A DNA stretch of 64,000 nt from Thermodesulfovibrionales bacterium. GTDB lineage: Bacteria > Nitrospirota > Thermodesulfovibrionia > Thermodesulfovibrionales > UBA6898. The notes beneath the pieces were generated by a model that searched no databases, was not told where the DNA came from, and worked only from the letters and a program-made list of their open reading frames with translations. The translations under genes were made by a program, and so were the position numbers. Position 1 is the first letter of the stretch; each line of letters begins with the position of its first letter. Of the stretch, positions 45,810-53,155 are shown piece by piece. The DNA lies in assembly GCA_044450345.1 (NCBI GenBank), contig JBIOIY010000003.1:96001-160000 (forward strand), given 5' to 3'.

Positions 45810-46556
45810 ATGCAGATAGTATCAGTAGCAAACCATAAGGGTGGAGTCGGGAAGACTACCTCGGCAGTCAATATTGCCGCCTGTTGGGGAGAGACGGGGC
45901 AAAGGGTTCTCCTTGTTGATCTCGACCCTCAGGGAAGTGCAAGCATGTCTTTCGGCATAGAGAATGACGGAAACGATATCCTGCAGGCATTACAGAAGAC
46001 CATAGCATTGCCTGTAGTGAGTACTCAAGCCGAAGGCGTGGACCTGGTTCCTGCCGGGCCTCATCTCGCGTCCGCCAGACAGAGATTTACCGGGGCAATA
46101 GGCAAGGAACTGCTGCTTCGTTGCCTGAAACAAATGCAGGATGGTTGGGACAGGGTAATTATAGATTGCCCGCCCAGTTTAGGGATTCTCACCATGGCTG
46201 CTTTGTGGGCAAGCAATCATGTCATTATCCCTGTTGAAGCAAACTATTTGGCGATGAGCGGCCTTAAACAGATGGTGGATACCGTTAAATCTGTGGGAAA
46301 TGATCACCCTGGCATCGCTATCAGGGCCGTCATACCATGCCGGGCTCACCCAAGGCGCAGAGTTCATCAGGCGGTCATGGAACAGGTTGAAAAGCTTTTC
46401 CCGGAGAAAGTCTCGCCGATCGTCCGGGAGAACGCAGCTCTGGCCGAAGCTCCCGGACGCGGGCGGCCGATCATACTTTCTGCCCCTAAATCCCACGGGG
46501 CCGAAGATTACCGACAAGTTGCATTATGGTTGTCTGACCATATCGGGAAGATCTGA
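45810..46556 (+). CDS. Orphan ParA/Soj-family ATPase
   Basis: NHKGGVGKTT, DLDPQG, IDCPPSLG and VRENAALAEAP; no parB adjacent. Confidence 0.9.
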   Translation: MQIVSVANHKGGVGKTTSAVNIAACWGETGQRVLLVDLDPQGSASMSFGIENDGNDILQALQKTIALPVVSTQAEGVDLVPAGPHLASARQRFTGAIGKELLLRCLKQMQDGWDRVIIDCPPSLGILTMAALWASNHVIIPVEANYLAMSGLKQMVDTVKSVGNDHPGIAIRAVIPCRAHPRRRVHQAVMEQVEKLFPEKVSPIVRENAALAEAPGRGRPIILSAPKSHGAEDYRQVALWLSDHIGKI

Positions 46557-46632
46557 CAATAGGGACTATTCCCTGTATTTCCGATTAGCCGGCCGGCAAG
46601 TCACGCTGTGGTTTTTTCCGCACAGCATACAA

Positions 46633-46687
46633 TTTCACAGAGGTTTAATAAAATCGTAATGATAAGGTAATTTGAGGATTGTAAAAT
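46633..46687 (+). promoter_or_regulatory. Pho-box-like promoter (DUF2934 operon)
   Basis: TTTCAC-N5-TTTAAT-N5-CGTAAT-N5-GGTAAT-N10-TAAAAT. Confidence 0.75.
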
Positions 46688-46752
46688 TGCAATATGGATT
46701 CAAATGTTTTCCTCGGAGGGAACCAAAATGGAGGACACTGGGAAAGGAGGAG

Positions 46753-46932
46753 ATGTCAATGAATGTGGACCTGCATGATTTAATACAGCAGCTTGCATGC
46801 GAACTCTATTTGAAAAGCGAAAAAGCCGAGGGTCATGATCTTAACAACTGGATCGAGGCGGAATGGATTGTAAAAAATCGCTTCGAGCGCACCAAAGATC
46901 TCAACAATATCCTGGCAGAAGAGACGGGGTAA
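46753..46932 (+). CDS. DUF2934-like small protein
   Basis: 'IQQLACELY.....EGHDLNNWIEAE'; AAGGAGG SD. Confidence 0.7.
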   Translation: MSMNVDLHDLIQQLACELYLKSEKAEGHDLNNWIEAEWIVKNRFERTKDLNNILAEETG

Positions 46933-46985
46933 TTAAAGTCGCTCTATAGTCCGGTGACAACGGTCCAGCGATTAAGGAGGATACT

Positions 46986-47192
46986 GTGTGGGAATATAGC
47001 CATATCGACGAGCGGTTCGAAGTATCAATCAGGATAATGCATGATCCTCGTATCGATGCGCAGACGCTTAATGAGGTCTCACAGTCCATTAGCGACCTTG
47101 TGGACGAATTTGCAACAAGGGTTCGCACTCTGGTGGAGTATGAGGACAGGGATGGCAGGGAAAGCTCAAGTCTGAGCCATGATCGTTCTTAA
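46986..47192 (+). CDS. Small hypothetical protein
   Basis: Strong TAAGGAGG SD before the GTG start. Confidence 0.5.
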   Translation: MWEYSHIDERFEVSIRIMHDPRIDAQTLNEVSQSISDLVDEFATRVRTLVEYEDRDGRESSSLSHDRS

Positions 47193-47224
47193 AAAATGCT
47201 GCTCACTTAATAGTTAGGAGGCAT

Positions 47225-47701
47225 ATGTTGACAAAGGATGGATTGAAGGAATCAGCAAAAGGAAAATCGGCAAAGCCGGTTTCTCCCATCGCAACCAAAC
47301 AAAATCATGTCAAGAAGGATCCAATAAAAAAGGGGAGGGGCCTACAAGAGATAGCGTCTGAGCATGAGACTCAAAGCAAGTCGGAAAAAGGAAATGGAGG
47401 CATCGAGAGAGAGTATTCATCCCCGGCCTCTTCCTGCAAGGTAACCTTTCGACTGCCCAGGGAAGTAGCCGGCGCTGCCAAAAAGGCTTCACTCGTCGGA
47501 GACTTCACCCACTGGGAAAAAGGCGCGCAGCCGATGAAGAGGCTCAAAAGCGGTCATTTTGAAATAACGCTTGAGTTACCGTCCAACGCGGAATATAGGT
47601 TCCGGTATCTCATTGATGATTGTCGCTGGGAGAATGATCGGCATGCCGATGCATTCAAACCAAATCCCTATGGATGTGAGGACTCGGTAATTATTTTGTG
47701 A
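47225..47701 (+). CDS. Isoamylase early-set / CBM48 (AMPK glycogen-binding-like) domain protein
   Basis: 'CKVTFRLP', 'LVGDFTHW', 'YRFRYLID..RWEND..AD....NPYG.EDSV'. Confidence 0.82.
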   Translation: MLTKDGLKESAKGKSAKPVSPIATKQNHVKKDPIKKGRGLQEIASEHETQSKSEKGNGGIEREYSSPASSCKVTFRLPREVAGAAKKASLVGDFTHWEKGAQPMKRLKSGHFEITLELPSNAEYRFRYLIDDCRWENDRHADAFKPNPYGCEDSVIIL

Positions 47702-47842
47702 ATAGTGAGATTCTTTTTTCATGTTGGTCCTTATTTGGATTAGGGAAGTAATGAGTAAAAATGAGAATAAATATTGACTTGAAGTTAGGATCGTGCTTAA
47801 ATATTTTAGCCGCATAGAAAGAACTTGAGGGAGGTGATGTTA

Positions 47843-47953
47843 ATGGACGCTGGCCCAGGTAGTCATAGTAGTTACGGCGAAAAACTGATGGGTCGGATAC
47901 TTGCGTGTTCATTACTCACCTCTACCTTGAATCTCTCCTGCCCCCTGTCCTGA
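47843..47953 (+). other. Candidate 36-aa leader ORF whose SD and ATG can be sequestered in a hairpin
   Basis: GGAGGTGA SD, then MDAGPGSHSSYGEKLMGRILACSLLTSTLNLSCPLS*; 47831-47850 is largely complementary to 47903-47922. Confidence 0.4.
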
Positions 47954-48049
47954 CACGCGTACTATCCTAACCCCTTAAGACGTATAGCGCAGTATTTTAC
48001 CCGCTTTTTTTAAATGCGGCTGCAGCTTGCTTATTAAGGAGACTGTACA

Positions 48050-49318
48050 ATGAATATTTTCACTCGGCTTTATTACGGGTACCGTAAAATCTGGAAGGCG
48101 ATCATGCTTTATTTCATGATTGCAGGTCCTGGCATCGTGGTGATGGTGGCTGATAATGACGCCGGCGGGATTACCACCTATGCCGCTACCGGAGCAAAAT
48201 ACGGCTATCATCTTACGTGGTTTCTGATTATTCTTATCCCCGTCGCCTATTATGTTCAGGAAATGACCGTGAGGCTCGGGGCAGTTACTAAACGTGGCCA
48301 CGCCGAGGCGATCTTTGCGGGTTTCGGGGCATTCTGGGGTTGGTTTTCTCTGCTAGATCTTATGCTGGTTAATTGGTTGACCCTGGTGACCGAATTCATC
48401 GGCATGACTGCGGCCCTCAAAATCTTCGGCATTCCCGCATATTTGACGGTGATGGCTGTATGCATTTTCATGGGTATTATGGTGGTTAGTGGCCGCTATT
48501 GGACATGGGAGAAGCTTGCCTTGCTCTTCTGCGCAGTCAATCTGATTTACATCCCTGCCGCCTTCATGGTTAATCCATCTGTATCCCAAATCGTCGGCGA
48601 TGGCTTAATTCCTCACTTCCCAGGAGGATTCAACAACGAAATGTTCTTTTACCTTATGGCCAATATCGGCACCACAATCGCTCCATGGATGCTCTTTTTC
48701 CAGCAGAGCGCGGTCGTAGACAAGGCAATGAAGGAGAAAGATATTCCCTGGGGCCAGTTGGATACGTTTATCGGCGCAGTCATGACCGTGGTGGTGGCGG
48801 TATTTATCACTATCGTTACAGGAACTGTCTTGAAGGGAATGAATATTGATGATGCGGCACAGGCCTCAAAGGTCTTGCTTGGCATTAACAGGAAGGTGGG
48901 CACCTTTATGGCCATCGGTCTCTTCGACGCAGGACTTCTCGGAGCCATTTGCATTTCACTGGCCAGTTCCTGGGCCTTCGGCGAAGTCTTTGGCTGGGCG
49001 CACTCCCTGAATAACAAGATAAAGGAGGCTCCCTGGTTCTACGCCAATTATTTTCTGACTCTTATCAGCGCCGGCTGCGTAGTGTTGATCCCGAAGGCGC
49101 CCCTGGTGCTCATCACTCTTTTTGTGCAGGTGATCGCGGTAACGCTTCTGCCTGCAGCACTGGTTTTTTTGATCCTGCTCCTCAACAACAAAAAAACCAT
49201 GGGTGACCACACTAACACTCTTTGGCAGAATGTCGTAAACTCTGTTATAGTCGTGGCGATTGTGATTTTGTCGAGTTTATACGGCATCAGCACCCTGTTT
49301 CCGGACATATTTAAATAG
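48050..49318 (+). CDS. NRAMP-related Mg2+ transporter (NrmT/NRMT-type)
   Basis: 'GPGIVVMVADNDAGGITTY' (DNDAG in place of DPGN) and 'GTTIAPWMLFFQQS'. Confidence 0.85.
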   Translation: MNIFTRLYYGYRKIWKAIMLYFMIAGPGIVVMVADNDAGGITTYAATGAKYGYHLTWFLIILIPVAYYVQEMTVRLGAVTKRGHAEAIFAGFGAFWGWFSLLDLMLVNWLTLVTEFIGMTAALKIFGIPAYLTVMAVCIFMGIMVVSGRYWTWEKLALLFCAVNLIYIPAAFMVNPSVSQIVGDGLIPHFPGGFNNEMFFYLMANIGTTIAPWMLFFQQSAVVDKAMKEKDIPWGQLDTFIGAVMTVVVAVFITIVTGTVLKGMNIDDAAQASKVLLGINRKVGTFMAIGLFDAGLLGAICISLASSWAFGEVFGWAHSLNNKIKEAPWFYANYFLTLISAGCVVLIPKAPLVLITLFVQVIAVTLLPAALVFLILLLNNKKTMGDHTNTLWQNVVNSVIVVAIVILSSLYGISTLFPDIFK

Positions 49319-49333
49319 TGAAGGAGGACGACA

Positions 49334-49510
49334 ATGATAAAGAATTTTTTCAGCCACAATTACGCTAAGATCCGCGAGATCAATGAAAAGTACGCGACCC
49401 CAAACGTTGAGATGTCCAAGTGGGTGAAGATTTCATTGTTATCATTGCGGTTTTATCTTATTTTTCTTGTAGGCTTATTGATTTATAAATTTATCACCTT
49501 ATTGAGATAA
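49334..49510 (+). CDS. Small single-TM protein not in the ORF track, 58 aa
   Basis: AAGGAGG SD; MIKNFFSHNYAKIREINEKYATPNVEMSKWVKISLLSLRFYLIFLVGLLIYKFITLLR*; fills the gap in the operon. Confidence 0.75.
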   Translation: MIKNFFSHNYAKIREINEKYATPNVEMSKWVKISLLSLRFYLIFLVGLLIYKFITLLR

Positions 49511-49522
49511 GGGAGGCATATT

Positions 49523-50797
49523 GTGAACAATACAGTTGATAAGAAACAGGAGCAGATCGAAGTAGTGTATTTCCTGAGCGATATCATCGGTATAAAGGTC
49601 TTTAATCATGACAGGAAGATCGGGAAACTGCGGGATATCGCCATCCGCGAACATGAGAAACTCCCCACGGTGACCCATTTTATCGTCCATCGGCCGTTTG
49701 GCCACAAGCCGTTGATGGTCCCCTGGGAACGGGTGAGTTTGGTCAATCTCAGGGAAATCATAGTCAATCTCGATTCTGTCGAACAGTATGAAGGAGAACC
49801 TGCTGAATTCCAAGTGCTGCTGAATGACCACGTTTTGGACAAGAAAGTCCTCGACATGGACGACAATGAGATCGATATTGTCTACGACGTCAAACTGGTA
49901 TTACGTAACAGGATACTTTACGTTACTGATGTGGATTTCAGCAGATACGCCCTACTGAAAAGGCTCGGGCTCAAACCGCTCGCGAAACTGCTGGGCAACT
50001 CCGACCTCCTGAAGAAAGAGACCCTCTCCTGGTCCTACGTCCAGCCGCTTCCGGAGAACATTGGCATCTTTAAAGGCAATGTAAAACTGAATGTCCTGAA
50101 AGAGAAACTCCCGGAGATTCATCCGGTTGATCTCGCCGACATCCTGGAGGAACTGAACGAAGAACAGCGACTTGCCATCTTTAACGAATTGGAGACGGAG
50201 CATGCGTCGGACACTCTGGAAGAGATAGAGCCTCGTGTCCAGAGAGAACTGATCTCCTCCATCAAGAAAGAGAGGGCTGCGGAATTGATCAATGATATGA
50301 CGCCTGCCCAGGCTGCCGATATCCTTGCTGTCCTTCCTGCGGCTGATGCCGACGATATACTGAAATTGATCGACAGGGAGAATGCACAGAAGATTCAGTA
50401 CTTGCTCGACAAACACGATGAGAAGATCGTCAACTTCTCGACGTCACATTTTATCAAACTCCCTCCTCGCACCCAGGTCAGTCAGGTCCTTCTTCAGTAC
50501 CGCGAGATCGCAAAGGACAAGGATGAGATCATGTATCTCTATGTTGTCGATGAAAAAGACACTCTGCTGGGTATCGTGGATCTGAAAGAGGTATTGCAGG
50601 CAAAAGTCGACGATAAACTTAAGGACATCATGACAACTGGTATCATCCATCTGAATCCGGAGAATACCCTCCTTGAGGCCTCCGAAATGTTTTCGCGTTA
50701 TAGCTTCCGGGCTATTCCAATTACCGACGACAACGATATCATCCTCGGTGTTGTCCCTTATCGAGACATCATGAATCTCAAACACAGGTTTGTATAG
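49523..50797 (+). CDS. Soluble PRC-barrel + MgtE N-terminal + CBS-pair protein
   Basis: 'IHPVDLADILEEL', 'IMYLYVVD...LLGIVDL', 'RYSFRAIPITD'; no TM domain. Confidence 0.85.
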   Translation: MNNTVDKKQEQIEVVYFLSDIIGIKVFNHDRKIGKLRDIAIREHEKLPTVTHFIVHRPFGHKPLMVPWERVSLVNLREIIVNLDSVEQYEGEPAEFQVLLNDHVLDKKVLDMDDNEIDIVYDVKLVLRNRILYVTDVDFSRYALLKRLGLKPLAKLLGNSDLLKKETLSWSYVQPLPENIGIFKGNVKLNVLKEKLPEIHPVDLADILEELNEEQRLAIFNELETEHASDTLEEIEPRVQRELISSIKKERAAELINDMTPAQAADILAVLPAADADDILKLIDRENAQKIQYLLDKHDEKIVNFSTSHFIKLPPRTQVSQVLLQYREIAKDKDEIMYLYVVDEKDTLLGIVDLKEVLQAKVDDKLKDIMTTGIIHLNPENTLLEASEMFSRYSFRAIPITDDNDIILGVVPYRDIMNLKHRFV

Positions 50798-50992
50798 TGT
50801 AGTGTCTTGACCCACTCGGCGACGTTGCTGTTTATGCACCATTCGCGAACGAGGTCGTGGACTGGACGTGCGTGGCATTGATTGACATTATTAGCGAAGG
50901 GATAAAGAGTGAGTTTTTGAGAAGAACTGTCTTCTTATTTTCCAGACAAACTAAAGGAGGCCCGGTAAGCGCAGAGAACAAAAGGAAATCGG

Positions 50993-51361
50993 TTACAAAA
51001 GGATTCCCAGTAATGACAACGCAGTGCCCTCAAATGCCCTGTCCACAAAAACCCCGAAAGCGGCCCTACCCAGGACCTTCCCTGCCTTGGATGCCGCTGT
51101 CTGGATATACTGGTCGTTTGATATAGCCTTAGTCTCATCGAAATAGCCCGCCCTCTGAAGGGTATTGATTATGTCTTTGTCATTGATTTGGGATGCATTG
51201 TAGTGTATCGTCAGGCTTCCGGTGGTGTTGTTGATATCGATTGTGGCTATTCCTATGAGGCCGGAAAGCAACATTTTTATATGATCGTGGGTATTTTTGT
51301 TCTTGAACAGAGGGTTCTTCAGGCGTAATCTCCCCGGCGTGGTGTGAATGTAATAGTTCAT
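50993..51361 (-). CDS. Cys-less HMA-like (HMA2-type) protein with a hydrophobic C-terminus
   Basis: 'MNYYIHTTPGRLRLKNP...NNTTGSLTIHYN...LQRAGYF...LSLLGILL'; GGAGGAGG SD. Confidence 0.75.
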   Translation of the reverse strand: MNYYIHTTPGRLRLKNPLFKNKNTHDHIKMLLSGLIGIATIDINNTTGSLTIHYNASQINDKDIINTLQRAGYFDETKAISNDQYIQTAASKAGKVLGRAAFGVFVDRAFEGTALSLLGILL

Positions 51362-51362
51362 G

Positions 51363-51662
51363 CTATTTATCCTCCTCCTTCATTCTGAACTTCCTGAAAT
51401 GCTTGCAATCAGGATATCCTGAACACCGGAATCTGATCACGTCACCTTCTAATTTGTAGACGTGCATGGGCTTGCCGCATTCCTTACATATAGGTTTCCC
51501 CTTGACTTCAGAAACCTTTGATCCATTTGTGAACTGCTTCCCGCAAATTATGCAGAGAAACCTCTGTTTCCCGGTCCCTGCCTTGCCATACCGGTATACT
51601 GCCTCCGAGTTACAGGAGGGACAGGACGTGTCCGCGTTTACCTTCTCAAGCACACTAATCAT
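51363..51662 (-). CDS. Double zinc-ribbon protein (IS1 InsA-like finger plus topoisomerase-C4-like finger)
   Basis: CPSC...YRYGK..GKQRFLC..CGKQF, then CKECGKPM...FRCSGYPDC. Confidence 0.75.
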   Translation of the reverse strand: MISVLEKVNADTSCPSCNSEAVYRYGKAGTGKQRFLCIICGKQFTNGSKVSEVKGKPICKECGKPMHVYKLEGDVIRFRCSGYPDCKHFRKFRMKEEDK

Positions 51663-51668
51663 GGTTAC

Positions 51669-51724
51669 ATTATATATCGATAGGTGTTACATTCAAGTGA
51701 AGGCAATGTTACATTTCGGTTAAA
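51669..51724 (-). promoter_or_regulatory. Pho-box-like promoter (zinc ribbon and HMA-like genes), probably leaderless
   Basis: Minus strand TTTAAC-N5-TGTAAC-N5-CTTCAC-N5-TGTAAC-N11-TATAAT; the ATG starts 7 nt after the -10. Confidence 0.78.
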
Positions 51725-51843
51725 TTTTTGGCTATGTGGTGCCCAATTCGATATGGAAAAAGTCGGTACCATTGTGCAGGAATAATTTTTCACATGCGAA
51801 TATTTTTGATACCACCTCTCTTTTGACATTTTCATCCACTTTT

Positions 51844-51898
51844 TATAACGCAAACTTAATATTTCCTTAATATTGTTGTAACAATGCAATGCTATTTT
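51844..51898 (+). promoter_or_regulatory. Pho-box-like promoter, distal to pstS
   Basis: TATAAC-N5-CTTAAT-N5-CTTAAT-N5-TGTAAC-N10-TATTTT. Confidence 0.7.
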
Positions 51899-51981
51899 AG
51901 ATCACGTGGCCGATCTGCGTGAGTCTTGCTATCGTGAGTCTGAGGCGATAAAATGAAGGAGGAGGTGAGATTGTCAGGGGA

Positions 51982-52036
51982 TGTAATATGAATTTAACTT
52001 CCTTGTAACATTCTTGTAATAATTGGGCTGTATCCT
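51982..52036 (+). promoter_or_regulatory. Pho box and promoter of pstS
   Basis: TGTAAT-N5-TTTAAC-N5-TGTAAC-N5-TGTAAT-N10-TATCCT immediately upstream of pstS. Confidence 0.85.
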
Positions 52037-52064
52037 TAAGAATAACATTTAAAAAGGAGAAAAA

Positions 52065-53075
52065 ATGAGAGCGTTCTTCAAATTAACCTTGGCAATAGCG
52101 GTGATCTTGATGTTTACCAATGTGTATGCGGCAGAAACACTTAACGGAGCAGGAGCGACTTTCCCTTATCCTGTTTATTCTGCATGGGCCTTCGACTACA
52201 GCAAGGTTGCAGGAATGCAACTGAACTACCAGTCCATAGGTTCCGGCGGCGGCATCAGGCAGATTACAGAGAGGACCGTTGATTTCGGCGCATCCGATGC
52301 GCCCCTAAAGCCTGAGCAACTTACCAAAGATAAGCTGCTGCAGTTCCCGGCAGTTATCGGCGGCGTGGTCCCCGTGATCAATGTTTCAGGAGTGAAAGCC
52401 GGTGAGCTTAAACTCGATCCTGACGCCCTCTGCAAGATATACCTGGGAGACATTAAATACTGGGACGACAAAACGATTAAGTCTTTGAATCCCAAACTGA
52501 ATCTCTCGCATGACGAAATTACGGTAGTCCACAGGTCGGACGGTTCAGGAACTACTGCGATATTTACAGAATATCTCAACTCGGTATGCCCCGACTGGAA
52601 AAGCAAGGTTGGCGCGGGGACTTCGGTGAAGTGGCCCGTCGGCATAGGCGGCAAGGGAAACGAGGGCGTGGCGAACTATACAAAGAGGACCGCAAACTCC
52701 ATAGGATATGTCGAGTTTGCGTATGCAAAGCAAAACAAGCTTGAGCATGTCCAGCTTAAGAACAAGGCGGGAAATTTTATACAGCCTAGTTTCGAGAGTT
52801 TCGAAGATGCGGCAGACACAGGTGACTTTGATGCAAAGAAAGACTTTCATCTCTGGCTGGTCAACGCGCCGGGCAAAGGCTCATGGCCTATCGCAGGAGC
52901 GACATTCATTTTACTGGCGAAAGAGAAGACCGACTCAAACAAAAAAGTGGTAACATTTTTTGACTGGGCCTTTAAAAACGGAGACAGCAAGGCAAAAGAA
53001 CTGGTTTACGTCCCTTTACCGAAATCTTTAAAGGACAAGATAAGGGGTTACTGGAAGGCAAACGGTCTGCAATAA
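52065..53075 (+). CDS. pstS: Phosphate ABC transporter substrate-binding protein
   Basis: GAGATFPYP, YQSIGSGGG, DFGASD, HRSDGSGTT and GKGNEGV. Confidence 0.97.
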   Translation: MRAFFKLTLAIAVILMFTNVYAAETLNGAGATFPYPVYSAWAFDYSKVAGMQLNYQSIGSGGGIRQITERTVDFGASDAPLKPEQLTKDKLLQFPAVIGGVVPVINVSGVKAGELKLDPDALCKIYLGDIKYWDDKTIKSLNPKLNLSHDEITVVHRSDGSGTTAIFTEYLNSVCPDWKSKVGAGTSVKWPVGIGGKGNEGVANYTKRTANSIGYVEFAYAKQNKLEHVQLKNKAGNFIQPSFESFEDAADTGDFDAKKDFHLWLVNAPGKGSWPIAGATFILLAKEKTDSNKKVVTFFDWAFKNGDSKAKELVYVPLPKSLKDKIRGYWKANGLQ

Positions 53076-53086
53076 TCATTCGGGAG

Positions 53087-53123
53087 AATTGGGGCAGGGC
53101 ACAAAGCCTGCCCCAATTTTTTT
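53087..53123 (+). terminator. Stem-loop after pstS (partial terminator or mRNA stabiliser)
   Basis: aattggggcagg-gcacaaag-cctgccccaatt followed by a T run. Confidence 0.75.
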
Positions 53124-53155
53124 ATAAAGGATTGGCTGAAAAGGTGGCAATATAA

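Noticed and set aside
51363..51662. IS1 transposase / active insertion sequence
   Set aside because: Only the zinc finger resembles InsA; there is no DDE domain, frameshift partner or terminal inverted repeat.
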